64,000 nucleotides of DNA, from contig OZ241867.1 in the NCBI GenBank assembly GCA_965203175.1, positions 5,664,001 through 5,728,000 on the forward strand, given 5' to 3'. The first letter of the stretch is position 1. Every line of letters starts with the position of its first letter. A model generated the notes under the pieces. The model was not told where the DNA came from. It saw only the letters and a list, made by a program, of their open reading frames with translations, and made no database searches. Source of the stretch: Candidatus Latescibacterota bacterium. Its GTDB lineage: Bacteria; Latescibacterota; UBA2968; UBA8231. The position numbers and the translations under genes are program-made. Shown in pieces: positions 37,639 to 48,100 of this stretch.

Positions 37639-39306
37639 ATGTGTCCAGTCTCACAATCTGCACGCCCGCGCATCCGATTTCAAGTGCCAATATGGGGTCT
37701 CGCCCTCGCCAGCACTCTCTGCGCCTGCTCCCCTAAAGACCCTCCAGCACCACCAGTGCATTTCGCCGACGCTGGAGCTGCCGCTGGCATCGACTTCGTC
37801 CACTACAACGGCTTTTCCGGCGAATACTACTATGTCGAAACCTTCGGTGCCGGAGCGGCCTTCTTCGACTACGACAGCGATGGCCACCTCGACCTCTACC
37901 TTGCCAACGGCACCTACCTAACCGGTCATCCCCCGGACCAACCGCCGGTCAATCGGCTCTATCGCAATGCGGGCGCAGACACCTTCGCCGACGTCACCGC
38001 CCACAGTGGCAGCGCCGACCCCGGCTACGGCTTTGGCGTTGCGGCCGCAGACTACGACGCCGACGGCGATCCCGACCTCTTCGTCGCCAATTACGGCCCC
38101 AATGCCCTCTACCGCAACGACCAAGGCACCTTCGCCAAAATATCGGCTGGCCTAGCAGATCCGCGCTGGGGCTCCAGTGCCGGTTTCCTCGACTACGATC
38201 TCGACGGCGATCTCGACCTGTTCGTCGCCAATTATGTGCGCTACGCCCTCGACGATGAATCCGTTTGCCAACAGGGCCAAGTGCGCTCGTACTGTGAGCC
38301 TAGCGTGTATGACCCCACCGGCGACCTCCTCTACCGCAACGACGGCAACACCTTCGCCGACGTCACTGAGGAGACCGGCATCGCACTCAAGGGCAAGGGG
38401 CTGGGTGTCGCGCTGGCCGATTACGACCGCGACGGCGATACCGACATCTACGTGGCCAACGACGGCACCATGAACTTTCTCTACGCCAACCAGCACAGCA
38501 CCTTCGCCGAAGTGGGCTTGATCGCTGGCACTCGCTACAACGAGCACGGGCACGCCGACGCGGGTATGGGCGTCGATTTTGGCGACTACGACCGCGATGG
38601 CGATGCCGACCTCTTCGTCACCAACTTCGCCTTTGAAACCAACGCCCTCTACCGCAACGACGGCCAAGGCCAATTCGCCGTCGCCACCCAGCGCCTAGGA
38701 CTGGCCGATCCTTCGTACCGACACCTCGGCTTTGGCACCAAGTTTTTCGACTACGACAACGACGGCGACCTCGACCTCTTCGCCGCCAACGGCCACGTCA
38801 TCGACCGCATTGCAGAAGTGGATTCGAGCCAGACCTATCGGCAACCCAACCAGATGTTCCGCAACGACGCTGGCCGCCGCTTTGCCGATGTCTCGGCCAC
38901 GATGGGACCAAATTTTCAAAAGGCCAACGCCGGTCGGGCTACGGCGGTGGCCGACTACGACGACGACGGCGACCTCGACCTCCTAGTGACCACAGTAGCA
39001 GCCCGGCCGCGACTGTTGCGCAACGACGGCGGCAATGCCCATCACTGGCTACAAATCCTGTTAGTGGGAAAGATCCACCCCGATGCCCTTGGTACGCGAG
39101 TGGAGGTTGTAGCCGACGGAATACGCCAAGTGCAGGAGCGCCAATCGGGCGGCAGCTATCTGTCCAGCCACGACCCCCGCCTGCACTTCGGACTGGGCGC
39201 GGCCACGAGCGCCCAAGTGGAAATCTACTGGCCGGATGGGACGCATCAAATCATAGAAGAGGTCGCCGCCAACCAAGTGCTCAAAGTCATCCAGCCAGAC
39301 CCCTAG
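37639..39306 (+). CDS. CRTAC1 family FG-GAP repeat / ASPIC-UnbV protein (probable lipoprotein)
   Basis: Repeated DYDxDGDxDL(F/Y)VAN, LYRN; C-terminal GGSYLS...LHFGLG...WPDG; LCAC lipobox-like. Confidence 0.9.
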   Translation: MCPVSQSARPRIRFQVPIWGLALASTLCACSPKDPPAPPVHFADAGAAAGIDFVHYNGFSGEYYYVETFGAGAAFFDYDSDGHLDLYLANGTYLTGHPPDQPPVNRLYRNAGADTFADVTAHSGSADPGYGFGVAAADYDADGDPDLFVANYGPNALYRNDQGTFAKISAGLADPRWGSSAGFLDYDLDGDLDLFVANYVRYALDDESVCQQGQVRSYCEPSVYDPTGDLLYRNDGNTFADVTEETGIALKGKGLGVALADYDRDGDTDIYVANDGTMNFLYANQHSTFAEVGLIAGTRYNEHGHADAGMGVDFGDYDRDGDADLFVTNFAFETNALYRNDGQGQFAVATQRLGLADPSYRHLGFGTKFFDYDNDGDLDLFAANGHVIDRIAEVDSSQTYRQPNQMFRNDAGRRFADVSATMGPNFQKANAGRATAVADYDDDGDLDLLVTTVAARPRLLRNDGGNAHHWLQILLVGKIHPDALGTRVEVVADGIRQVQERQSGGSYLSSHDPRLHFGLGAATSAQVEIYWPDGTHQIIEEVAANQVLKVIQPDP

Positions 39307-41108
39307 CGGCCCAACGCCCGCGTCTGTATCTCTTCGTAGAACTGACGCAAGCGCTCGCGCTCGGCGGGCAAGTGATCGACCGCTCGTTGGAGGACGTGCG
39401 CTGCTCGGGCTAGATCGCCCATCTGCCCGTAGAGGCGGATCATCTCCACGTAAGCTGGTAGTAGCTTGGGATTAGCCTTAAGCGCGGCCTCGTAGTAGCT
39501 AAAGGCTCCTTCTATGTCTCGCTGCATGATCCGCACGTGCGCCAAGTTCATCCACGGCTCGACTTGCCGAGGGGCCTTTTGCGCCACCCGCACAAAAATT
39601 TCTTCGCCGCCTGTGAGGTCACCCAGCGCCGCCTTGACCCCACCCAGATTTAACCACGCCTGCCAATACTCGGGATCCTCAGCCACCGCCCGCTCAAACG
39701 CCGCCAGTGCTCGCTCTTTGTCCCCAGCCTCGGCATACGCGTTGCCCAGGTTGTAGTGGATGGCAGCATCCCCCTCCATGTCCATTGGCGCTAGGTGGCT
39801 ATTGGCCACCAACGCAAAGGCCGAGCAAACAGCCAATCCCAGTCCTAGGCCGCGCCAATAGCCCGCCCGCCCCCAATCCCACAACGCCCACACCCCATAG
39901 GCGGCAAAGACTATGAGTACTGGCAACACTGGCACTCGGTAGCGCGCAGCCACAAAAAACGCAATCACCCCCAAGCAATAGCACAGCACGTACAGCAGCG
40001 GCCACGTCGGCCCGACTCGCCGCAGACTTAGCAACATGCCCCACAGCGCCAAAGGAGCCACCAAGCCAAAGGGGAAGGCAATGCCCGCTTTCCACAAAGT
40101 CGCCGACAGCACCGTTGAATAGGTGCGCCAGAAGTAGATCGGCTGATTGCGCCCCCGCTCATCGCCGTGCCAAAACGCCCCTAATTTGCGCCCCATCAAT
40201 CCCAGCCACCCAGTCGGATCGCCCCGTATGTAGTCCCAAGCCCGCGCGGCAAAATAAGCCGACTTAGCCGAGGGCCGCTCAATCCCCTCCCGCGCCGGTT
40301 GGGTAACTAAATCGTCCCACTCCCACCCCGGACGAATGGCCACAGTCTCTGCATAGTCGGGATTATTGCCAATGTACAGATTGATCCCCGCGTTGTAGGA
40401 AATCCCCACCCCGTCGCCGCCAATGGCCCAGTTGCGCCAAGCCACCGGCGCGATGGCCAAGACCACGCCGAGTGAAAACGCACCGGCCCAAATCAAACCC
40501 TGCCGACGGGGAGTACGCCATAAGAGGACGATGGGCACGGCTGCCGCAAAAGTCAGCACCGTCGGGACCGCCAACGCACCAATGCCAAAGGCCACCCCAG
40601 TACCCAAAAACCCCCAATGGCTCGGACGACGCCAGACGAGCAAAAGCACCACTAGAGCCAGCAGATCGACAAAGGCGGCTAACGAAGCCGGCAACAGCTC
40701 GCCGTCAAAAAAGATCAGCGGCCCGCACAGCGCCGCGCCGACCCCAGCGAGCAACCCCACCGCCGGATTGAACAAAGCGCGCCCGACCCACCAACTCATC
40801 GCGCAGATCAGCGCCCCTAGCAGGGCCTGCACAAAACGCACGGCGTAAAAAAATGACTCTGGAAAAAGACTCTTTACCGCCCCGAGGAAGTACGGGTAGA
40901 GCGGCGGCTGCCAAAACGGCCCCTCACCGACGCCCAACCAATTGCCCGCAGCCAAGCGCTGGGCGTGGTGGGTGTACGTCTTGGCATCGACCGCCGGATG
41001 CTCAAAAAGCGGACTCGCATCTGCTTCGAGGATATAGGCGAGCCGCACCGCGAGGGCGAGGGCAAAGACGAGCCAGCCCAAGCGCCCACCCTGTAACCCG
41101 GCGATCAT
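39303..41108 (-). CDS. GT39/ArnT-like (PMT_2) membrane glycosyltransferase with C-terminal TPR repeats
   Basis: DAKTY, FWQPPLYPYFL, multiple TMs, N.GINLYIGNN, ARYRVP; TPRs HYNLGNAY, AWLNLG. Confidence 0.8.
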   Translation of the reverse strand: MIAGLQGGRLGWLVFALALAVRLAYILEADASPLFEHPAVDAKTYTHHAQRLAAGNWLGVGEGPFWQPPLYPYFLGAVKSLFPESFFYAVRFVQALLGALICAMSWWVGRALFNPAVGLLAGVGAALCGPLIFFDGELLPASLAAFVDLLALVVLLLVWRRPSHWGFLGTGVAFGIGALAVPTVLTFAAAVPIVLLWRTPRRQGLIWAGAFSLGVVLAIAPVAWRNWAIGGDGVGISYNAGINLYIGNNPDYAETVAIRPGWEWDDLVTQPAREGIERPSAKSAYFAARAWDYIRGDPTGWLGLMGRKLGAFWHGDERGRNQPIYFWRTYSTVLSATLWKAGIAFPFGLVAPLALWGMLLSLRRVGPTWPLLYVLCYCLGVIAFFVAARYRVPVLPVLIVFAAYGVWALWDWGRAGYWRGLGLGLAVCSAFALVANSHLAPMDMEGDAAIHYNLGNAYAEAGDKERALAAFERAVAEDPEYWQAWLNLGGVKAALGDLTGGEEIFVRVAQKAPRQVEPWMNLAHVRIMQRDIEGAFSYYEAALKANPKLLPAYVEMIRLYGQMGDLARAAHVLQRAVDHLPAERERLRQFYEEIQTRALGR

Positions 41109-41162
41109 TGCGTATATATCTGCTGAATGGTATCGTTAGTGGCCATCAACCAACAGACAACT

Positions 41163-43067
41163 ATGCGCTCGTCCTTCCTCGGCACCTGTTTCTCCTTCGT
41201 CCTCGTCCTAGTCTTTACCGTCTGCATGACCTTCACCAGTGTGCGGACCTACGTTCTCTATGGCAACTACACAGGGCTGACCGATCACTTCAACACCGTC
41301 GGCGTCATCTTCCTGATCTTCTGGATTGTAGTCGTCGCCCTCGCGCTGCGCCTGCTCCACCCGCTCTTGCGCCTCTCGCCAGCCAATTTTGCCTTGGTCT
41401 ATGCCGCGCTCATGGTCGCCGTGGTACTGCCCTCCATGGGCTTTGGCGGCTACTTCATCCCTTTAATCGCTGGCGTCTTTTACTACGCCACCCCAGAAAA
41501 CAACTGGTCCGACCTGCTCTGGCCGCACATTCCCCACTGGGCCGTCCCCCGCGACCTCGAAGCGATCCGCCAGCTTTTTGAAGGCACGGATGCTGCCGCG
41601 CCCGTGCCTTGGGCCTTGTGGGCTGGGCCGCTGTTGTGGTGGTGTCTCTTCATGCTGGCCTTCTTCTTGGTTAGCATCGCGCTAATAAGCCTCGTCCACC
41701 ACCAGTGGTCGCGCCAAGAGCGCTTGGTGTACCCCCTCGCCGCCGTCCCCAACATGCTCCTCGAAAGCTTGGAAAACCCCACCGCGTCTATCCTCAAAAG
41801 CAAGCTATTGTGGCTGGGGTTTCTCATCGCCTGGACACTGCCGACCGTCAACATGCTCGACCGAGTATTGGATATCGAGATCATCCACGGCTTCGGCATT
41901 CCCGGCGGCCGCATCGAGATCCGTCAATTCGGGCTTAGCTACGGGCTTAACACAGACCTGCTGGTCGTGGGCTTGAGCTATCTGGTCGGCCTCAACGTGC
42001 TGTTCAGCGTCTGGTTTTTTCACATACTCATCGCCGCCGAAGGTGCCCTGCTGAACTGGCTGGGCATTTCCCTAGCGCTGCCGGCCCAGCCCCATGCACC
42101 CGACGTGCTGCTCGCCCATCAGCAGATTGGCTCGCTCGCGTGCATCGTCGGAATCTCGCTGTGGATATCGCGCCACTTCCTGCGTCGCCAGTGGCGGCTG
42201 ATCATCAGCGGTGCCCCAGACCGCGACAACCCGATATCGCCGCGTGTCGCTGCTCTGCTCGGACTTGTCGGGTTGACGTACATGACTGGCTTCCTCTGGG
42301 CCAGCGGCCTGAGTCTGATCTGGAGCATCGTCTTTTTGCTCGTCGCGCTGGTGATATTCTTCGGCATCGCCCGCCTATTGGCCCAGACCGGGATCGGCCG
42401 CCTGCGCGCTCCGGCCTCCGTGCCGCCGATCCTGACCAATCTCGTAGGCACCGCCCCTTTTGGTGCCCAAGGGCTGAGCGCAATGGGGCTGAGCATGGTC
42501 TGGACCGCCGACTTGCAACTCTTTTTGATGGGCACCCTCGCCCACGCCTTCAAGGTCTGCGAGCCAGCTCGGCTCAAAATCAGCGGACGCAAGCTGGTGT
42601 TCTTTTTGTCCGCCGCCATGATCGTCGGCCTCATAACCACCATGGTCTGCTACATATGGCTGGGCTACCGCCACGGACTGATCCACGGCTACCGCTGGTA
42701 CTTCGTCAATTCGCCGCAATACCATTGGTCCTGGGTCGCCAATTCGATCAACAACCCCAACCCCGCCGAGCCGCTAGTGGCCGTGTTCCTCGCCGTTGGC
42801 GCTGGCCTCGCCGGGCTGCTCGCGCTGGCCCAGTACCGCTTCGCCGGCTGGCCCTTGCACCCGGTGGGCCTGGGCATCGCCCTAACCAACACCGTCTCCA
42901 TCGACTGGTTTGGGATTTTCTTGGCCTGGCTGATCAAACTCCTGGCCCTGCGCTACGGCGGCATCCGGCTCTACCGCACCCTGCTACCCTTTTTCATCGG
43001 CCTGATCTTGGGCACCTGCGTTGGCGTCGGCGGGGCCGCGCTGGTTTATGCGTTTTACTATTACTGA
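41163..43067 (+). CDS. Polytopic membrane protein, DUF6785/DUF6784-type (putative transporter)
   Basis: Many TMs; YYATPENNWS.LL, W.R.ERL.YPL, WPLHP.G, LRYGG..LYR...PFF.GLILG; alternative start 41127. Confidence 0.7.
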   Translation: MRSSFLGTCFSFVLVLVFTVCMTFTSVRTYVLYGNYTGLTDHFNTVGVIFLIFWIVVVALALRLLHPLLRLSPANFALVYAALMVAVVLPSMGFGGYFIPLIAGVFYYATPENNWSDLLWPHIPHWAVPRDLEAIRQLFEGTDAAAPVPWALWAGPLLWWCLFMLAFFLVSIALISLVHHQWSRQERLVYPLAAVPNMLLESLENPTASILKSKLLWLGFLIAWTLPTVNMLDRVLDIEIIHGFGIPGGRIEIRQFGLSYGLNTDLLVVGLSYLVGLNVLFSVWFFHILIAAEGALLNWLGISLALPAQPHAPDVLLAHQQIGSLACIVGISLWISRHFLRRQWRLIISGAPDRDNPISPRVAALLGLVGLTYMTGFLWASGLSLIWSIVFLLVALVIFFGIARLLAQTGIGRLRAPASVPPILTNLVGTAPFGAQGLSAMGLSMVWTADLQLFLMGTLAHAFKVCEPARLKISGRKLVFFLSAAMIVGLITTMVCYIWLGYRHGLIHGYRWYFVNSPQYHWSWVANSINNPNPAEPLVAVFLAVGAGLAGLLALAQYRFAGWPLHPVGLGIALTNTVSIDWFGIFLAWLIKLLALRYGGIRLYRTLLPFFIGLILGTCVGVGGAALVYAFYYY

Positions 43068-43084
43068 GACAACCGCTGCAAGAC

Positions 43085-43876
43085 CTAATCAGGATCGGTC
43101 CCCACCCCGTCGAGACGCGCCATCTCCTCGTCTCCTAGCTGCCAGTCGAACAAATCCAAATTGTCGCGCAAATGACTCGTTGAACTGGCCTTGGGGATGA
43201 CGATCATATCCTTTTGCAAAAGCCACTTTAAGGCCACTTGCGCTGGGGTTTTTCCGTGTTCGGCGGCCACCTGTTTTAGGGCCTCGTCCTGGGCGAGGTC
43301 ACCTTGGGCCAACGGGCGGTGCGCCGTCAGTACCACGTTGTGGGCGTGGCAATGGTGCCGCAGCCTTTCGCGGTTGTGGCGCAGGTGATACTCCACCTGA
43401 TTGGTGCAGATCGGCAAGCCGGTGGCGGCTCGAGCCCGATCGGTCTGCTCAATGCTGAAATTGCTGATGCCAATGCTCTTGGCCTGACCGGCCTCGTAGA
43501 TCTTTTCAAAAGCGGCCAAGGTGCGCTCCACCGGCACGCCCTGACCGGGGCTGTGGATGAGCAGGAGATCAACGTACTCAGTCTGCAGATCGCGCAGAAT
43601 CTCCTCCATCTGCTCCAAGGTCGCCTCGTACTCTAAGTGCGAATGCCAGATCTTGGAGGTGATGAAGAGGCTATCGCGATCTGCCCCGATCTCCTTGAGG
43701 ACTTGGCCGATGGCGTCCTGATTCTCGTACATCCAGGCCGAATCCAAATGCGTATAGCCCATTTCGAGGGCCTCTTTGACCACGTCTTTGCACTGCTGGC
43801 CGCGCAACATCCAAGTGCCTAACCCAAATTGCGGAATGGCGTGGCCCGAGGCCAAGGTAATGTCTGGCGTACTCAT
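43085..43876 (-). CDS. Aldo/keto reductase (2,5-DKG reductase-like)
   Basis: GLGTW, DSA.MY.N, FITSK, DLLLIH, IGISNF, NQVEYH, IPKAS. Confidence 0.92.
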   Translation of the reverse strand: MSTPDITLASGHAIPQFGLGTWMLRGQQCKDVVKEALEMGYTHLDSAWMYENQDAIGQVLKEIGADRDSLFITSKIWHSHLEYEATLEQMEEILRDLQTEYVDLLLIHSPGQGVPVERTLAAFEKIYEAGQAKSIGISNFSIEQTDRARAATGLPICTNQVEYHLRHNRERLRHHCHAHNVVLTAHRPLAQGDLAQDEALKQVAAEHGKTPAQVALKWLLQKDMIVIPKASSTSHLRDNLDLFDWQLGDEEMARLDGVGTDPD

Positions 43877-43925
43877 GTCGATTTCTCCTTGTATGGATAG
43901 TTCTCCCTACCGCATTATCCTGCAT

Positions 43926-43972
43926 AAAATAAAACAGGGGAAGGAACCCAAAAGCCCCTTCCCCTGATTTTC
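43926..43972. terminator. Rho-independent terminator, probably bidirectional
   Basis: caggggaagg (43935-43944) pairs with ccttcccctg (43957-43966); A-tract on the left and T-tract on the right; lies downstream of 43990-44973. Confidence 0.8.
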
Positions 43973-43989
43973 TACTCCATCGAATAGGA

Positions 43990-44973
43990 CTACGGAGTCC
44001 CCTGATGAATCACCTTCTCGATCAGGCTGCCCGCAAAAGAAATCCCCACCGCATAGGTCGGACCAGCGAAATACCTGTTGCCGCTGACCGTCATGCGCGC
44101 CGAGGCTTCAAGACTCACGTTGGGATGGACGCCAACCAAGACTGTCGGCGCTAGATAGGATACGCTTTGGCTGAGCTTTTCCGGATCGCCGGGATTGCTT
44201 AGGGCGTCGTACTCCGCTCCTGCAATGCCTTCGTACTTGAGGGCGACGAGGAGTTTGTCCATGGGGCTATAGCCTGCCTCGGCGTTAAAAATAAACTCTG
44301 CGCCCGGGGTGTAGCTACGATCGGGATTAGGATCGGAATCCTTGTATTCTCCGCGCCAGCGATACCCCAGATCGAGATTGGCGTAAACAGGCACTGGATA
44401 AAAGGAGCGGCCCAGTTGTGCGACCACGTCAAAATCCCATTGGCCGCCGGTTATGGAAAGGGCCTCGGGCACTTCCCGGTAGTCGCCCATAGGGGCTTTG
44501 AATCCCAACTTCAGCGTACCCACCAGGTCAGCGCTGTTCACGAGGTTAATTTTGGCAAATCCGCGTATATCTCCCAAGCCCGATTCCGTTTCCAGAGCAG
44601 GCGGCGGAGTCGCCACATCATTGCTCTCATCTTTATCTACGAACTTATTACTGAGATACGGAATCTGTAGGCCGAGGTCGATTTGGTCGGTCACGCCGTA
44701 GCGAATGTCGAAATAGACCTGCTGCGATTGGTAGCGGGCGTCGGCGGGCATGTCAAGCGCATTTCCACCCGCATCATAGTGCTGCTCGGTCGATTGCGAC
44801 ATGACAGTGATTTTGCTCCATACGTGGCCCTTTTCAAGCGTCCAAGCGCCTGCCGATGCCATCTGCGGCATCAGGACACTAAGGGCAACGACGAGCAAGG
44901 GGGTTATGCGCCGGGTGAGTTTCTGGTGCAGAAACTCCGGGCATACGTTTGCGGTGCGGGGGAAAGAGGTCAT
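43990..44973 (-). CDS. Exported probable outer-membrane beta-barrel (MetA-pathway/transporter-like family)
   Basis: Signal ending ASA-GAWT; YGVTD, SGLGD, K.P.G.Y, G..D, alternating beta-strands; AGGAG SD. Confidence 0.55.
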   Translation of the reverse strand: MTSFPRTANVCPEFLHQKLTRRITPLLVVALSVLMPQMASAGAWTLEKGHVWSKITVMSQSTEQHYDAGGNALDMPADARYQSQQVYFDIRYGVTDQIDLGLQIPYLSNKFVDKDESNDVATPPPALETESGLGDIRGFAKINLVNSADLVGTLKLGFKAPMGDYREVPEALSITGGQWDFDVVAQLGRSFYPVPVYANLDLGYRWRGEYKDSDPNPDRSYTPGAEFIFNAEAGYSPMDKLLVALKYEGIAGAEYDALSNPGDPEKLSQSVSYLAPTVLVGVHPNVSLEASARMTVSGNRYFAGPTYAVGISFAGSLIEKVIHQGTP

Positions 44974-45107
44974 GCCTCTCCTTTCTAATTAAGTCCTCGA
45001 GTCTGGTTAGAAGGTTATCCAGCAGACTTAGAGGACGAGGTTGAGATGATTTCCCAGGCGCAAGGATCTGGTAATCGGCCTTAAGATACGTCCAAGAAAT
45101 CTACTGC

Positions 45108-48100
45108 TCAAGGCGTCGAATCCTCGGCGGGCGAGAGGAGGCTCCACAAGGCTGGATCGGGTACGCCGCGGCTTACGATGAACAGACCCGGTTCCGGTAA
45201 CGCCTCCCGTGCGGTCCGTAAAACCGGCCCCGATTCTGGCCAGTCTCGCAGGATACCTTGCACTTGTCCAGTGGAGGGATCCTGCAAGATGGCGACCGGC
45301 CGAGGTCCATCGCCATCTATCGTCACCACCCCCTTGGGACCGGAAAGCGTGATGCGCTCCAACTCATCGGCCCACTCCGGTCGTACCGGGAGGGCAAACG
45401 CAAAGGCAGCGCCTGCGTCTCCATCGGCGCTCGCGGCCATATCGAAGCTAAAAGCGAATAATTCGCTGCCGTCGGCATCTTCACCTGTGAGCCGGTACGG
45501 ACCGCCCGTCTGCGGTAGTGCCGGCGGGGCGTTGACCACGAACGCCGGCTCAAGGACGGGTTCGCCGCTCGCCTTCACTCTTCCCCACAGCAACATTGTC
45601 GTCGTCGGGGCAGGCGGCTTGGCCGCCGCGCTGTGCTCCCTACTACGGCGGTATTCGAGTGCCTTGCTAAAGTTGTAGTCGCTGATCCAACGGGGCCCGC
45701 AGTAGCTCATCAAGTCCGGGGTGTTGGGATGCACTAAGGTCCGCGTGCGGGAATTGTACCCCCACGCGCCGATGGTTCCGTCTCTATAGGGATAACGGAG
45801 ATCGGCAGCATCCACATTGCCACACGGGGAATGCTTGAGCGCCATGTTGTGCCCAAGTTCGTGCGCCATAGTCGATCCGTCGAGGGCTGATACGCTCGCG
45901 GTTCCAGGGATCAGGGCTTTACCACCACCGCGCCGCAGGATGCCCATGTAGTGTCCGCGTCCGCGTCCTCCATCCAAGACCTGAATCGCCGCGATCTCAG
46001 CGAGTAGTTCATCGCTGTTGGCAACCACAGGATCCATCGACGTCCATACGGGTCTGCGCACCCTCAGGCTAAAGTCGCGCACAGGCAAGAGATCGCGCAT
46101 CGGCCAGAACAGATCGTCATCGGCCGACAAGCCCTCGATTTCGTCCAGTATAGAACGGTCTGGGGCTTCCTCCCAGAGCAAGGGAACCAGCGTCAGATCG
46201 AGCGGTGGCACTTCCCTCACGTCTAGAGCCATCCGACCCGTCTCGGGTATGCGACCACCAAGGCCCAAGGCGGGGTCCAACGTGCCACCGGGATCGATTT
46301 CGACCACCATCTCCAACCCCGGACTCACAACCGAACTAGGAATCTCCGCATTGGCAGACGCCGAGAGCACGCCTTCGTCAACGGCCCTGGGGATCTCCCC
46401 TTGCCGATTTGGAATCTCCGCGGTATGCACCCAAATGCCATTGCGATAGAAGGTCGCACGCACCGGGGGTATGCCGACATCAAGGGCCTGATGCGCCGTG
46501 ACGAACACCCGCAAGAGAGCTCGCTTCCCGGCCACTAAGGGTACGGGATGCGTCAGCGATTGCGTCGCCTGCGTCAGGTACGCCTGCGACTCGTCGCTGC
46601 GGATGCAGATGGGAACGCGCCTATTCCGAATCCCCTGTAGCCACATCTGGAATTCGTCGTCCGGCGGTATGCACAACTGCGTTCCACTTAACATTAGATC
46701 CGTGAGGCTGAGGCGGGTAAGGGCACGGGGTAATACTCCCGCTAAACCCGCGTTTTGGTTGAGATATAGCTTCTCCAGATTGGACAGATTACCCAACGCC
46801 GGCGGCACGGGGCCAGTCAGCGCATTGGTATCGAGAAACAGAGAGCGCAAGCTGGATAAGTCGCCCAACGCCGACGGCAGCGCACCCGTCAGACCATTGG
46901 TGTGAAGAGACAGCGTCATCAAGTTGGACAGATTGCCCAACGCCGGCGGCACGGGGCCAGTCAGCGCATTGGTGTGAAGGGACAGATAGCGCAGGTTGGA
47001 CAAGTTGCCCAACGCCGATGGCAGCGCACCCGTCAGACCATTGGTGTGAAGAGATAGTGTCGTCAGGTTAGACAGATTGCCCAACGCCGGCGGCACGGGA
47101 CCAGTGAGCGCATTGGTGTGAAGGGATAGCGTCGTCAGGTAGGACAAATCGCCCAACTCGGATGGGATGGGCCCACTCAACTTATTGTCAGAAAGGTCCA
47201 GTTCGGTCACTTCCCAGTTGGAAACTGTGACGCCATACCAATCCGCAAGGGGTTTCTTGCTCAGCCAGTTGGTGTTGTTCTTCCAGTTGGGTCCATCGGT
47301 CGCGTCGTACAGGGCCACCAAGGCGGATATACCACCGGTTCCTATCGGAATCACCTCAGTAATCACGGCATCCGAACAATTGTTGTTGGTATCGCTCTCT
47401 CCGATCACCGCATCTACACATGCCCCGTAGTAATAAGTTCCTACCGTCCACGGGGCCTTTAGGGCAATCGACTCTGGACTGTTGCTCGAAGCGTTTAGGC
47501 CGATCACGGCATCCGTGCCTACTAGACTATCTTTTACAGAGATCGTCGCGTCCGTCGATTGATAGTAGCGCAAGGTCGTCGAGGCCGCCTCCCCGTTTCC
47601 TTGGTTGCGCACTATGACTTTTATTCTAAAGGGTTGACCCGTTTTCTGGGTACTGTGGTTTACCCAAGGCGGCTGAACCACCAAGTCTGGAGCCGACGGC
47701 GACTGGGATGCAGTGAGCGGGGCTACCGCCTTGCCGATCGGAATTCCAGCTAGCCCATCAACTAGCACCATTCGGCGGGCCAGACTCGCCCCACCCATCG
47801 TCAGCCGATAGATATAAACTCCCGCTGCACCTGTGGCATTCCACATCGCAGCATGAGCGCCAGCCGGCCGTTGCCCATCGACTAACGTCGCAATGCGCTG
47901 TCCTAGTAGATTGAACACCTCCAACCGCACGTGGGCAGAAACCGACAGTTGGTAGGGAATAATCGTAGAGGGGTTGAAGGGATTGGGATAATTCTGGCCC
48001 AAGCTAAAGCCTTGGGGAAGGGCGCTTCCTCTCAGTGCCTCTACGGGCGGCTCTGCGCCGACACCACCCTCTAAAATTAGCCCAATAAGCCCCCCAATTA

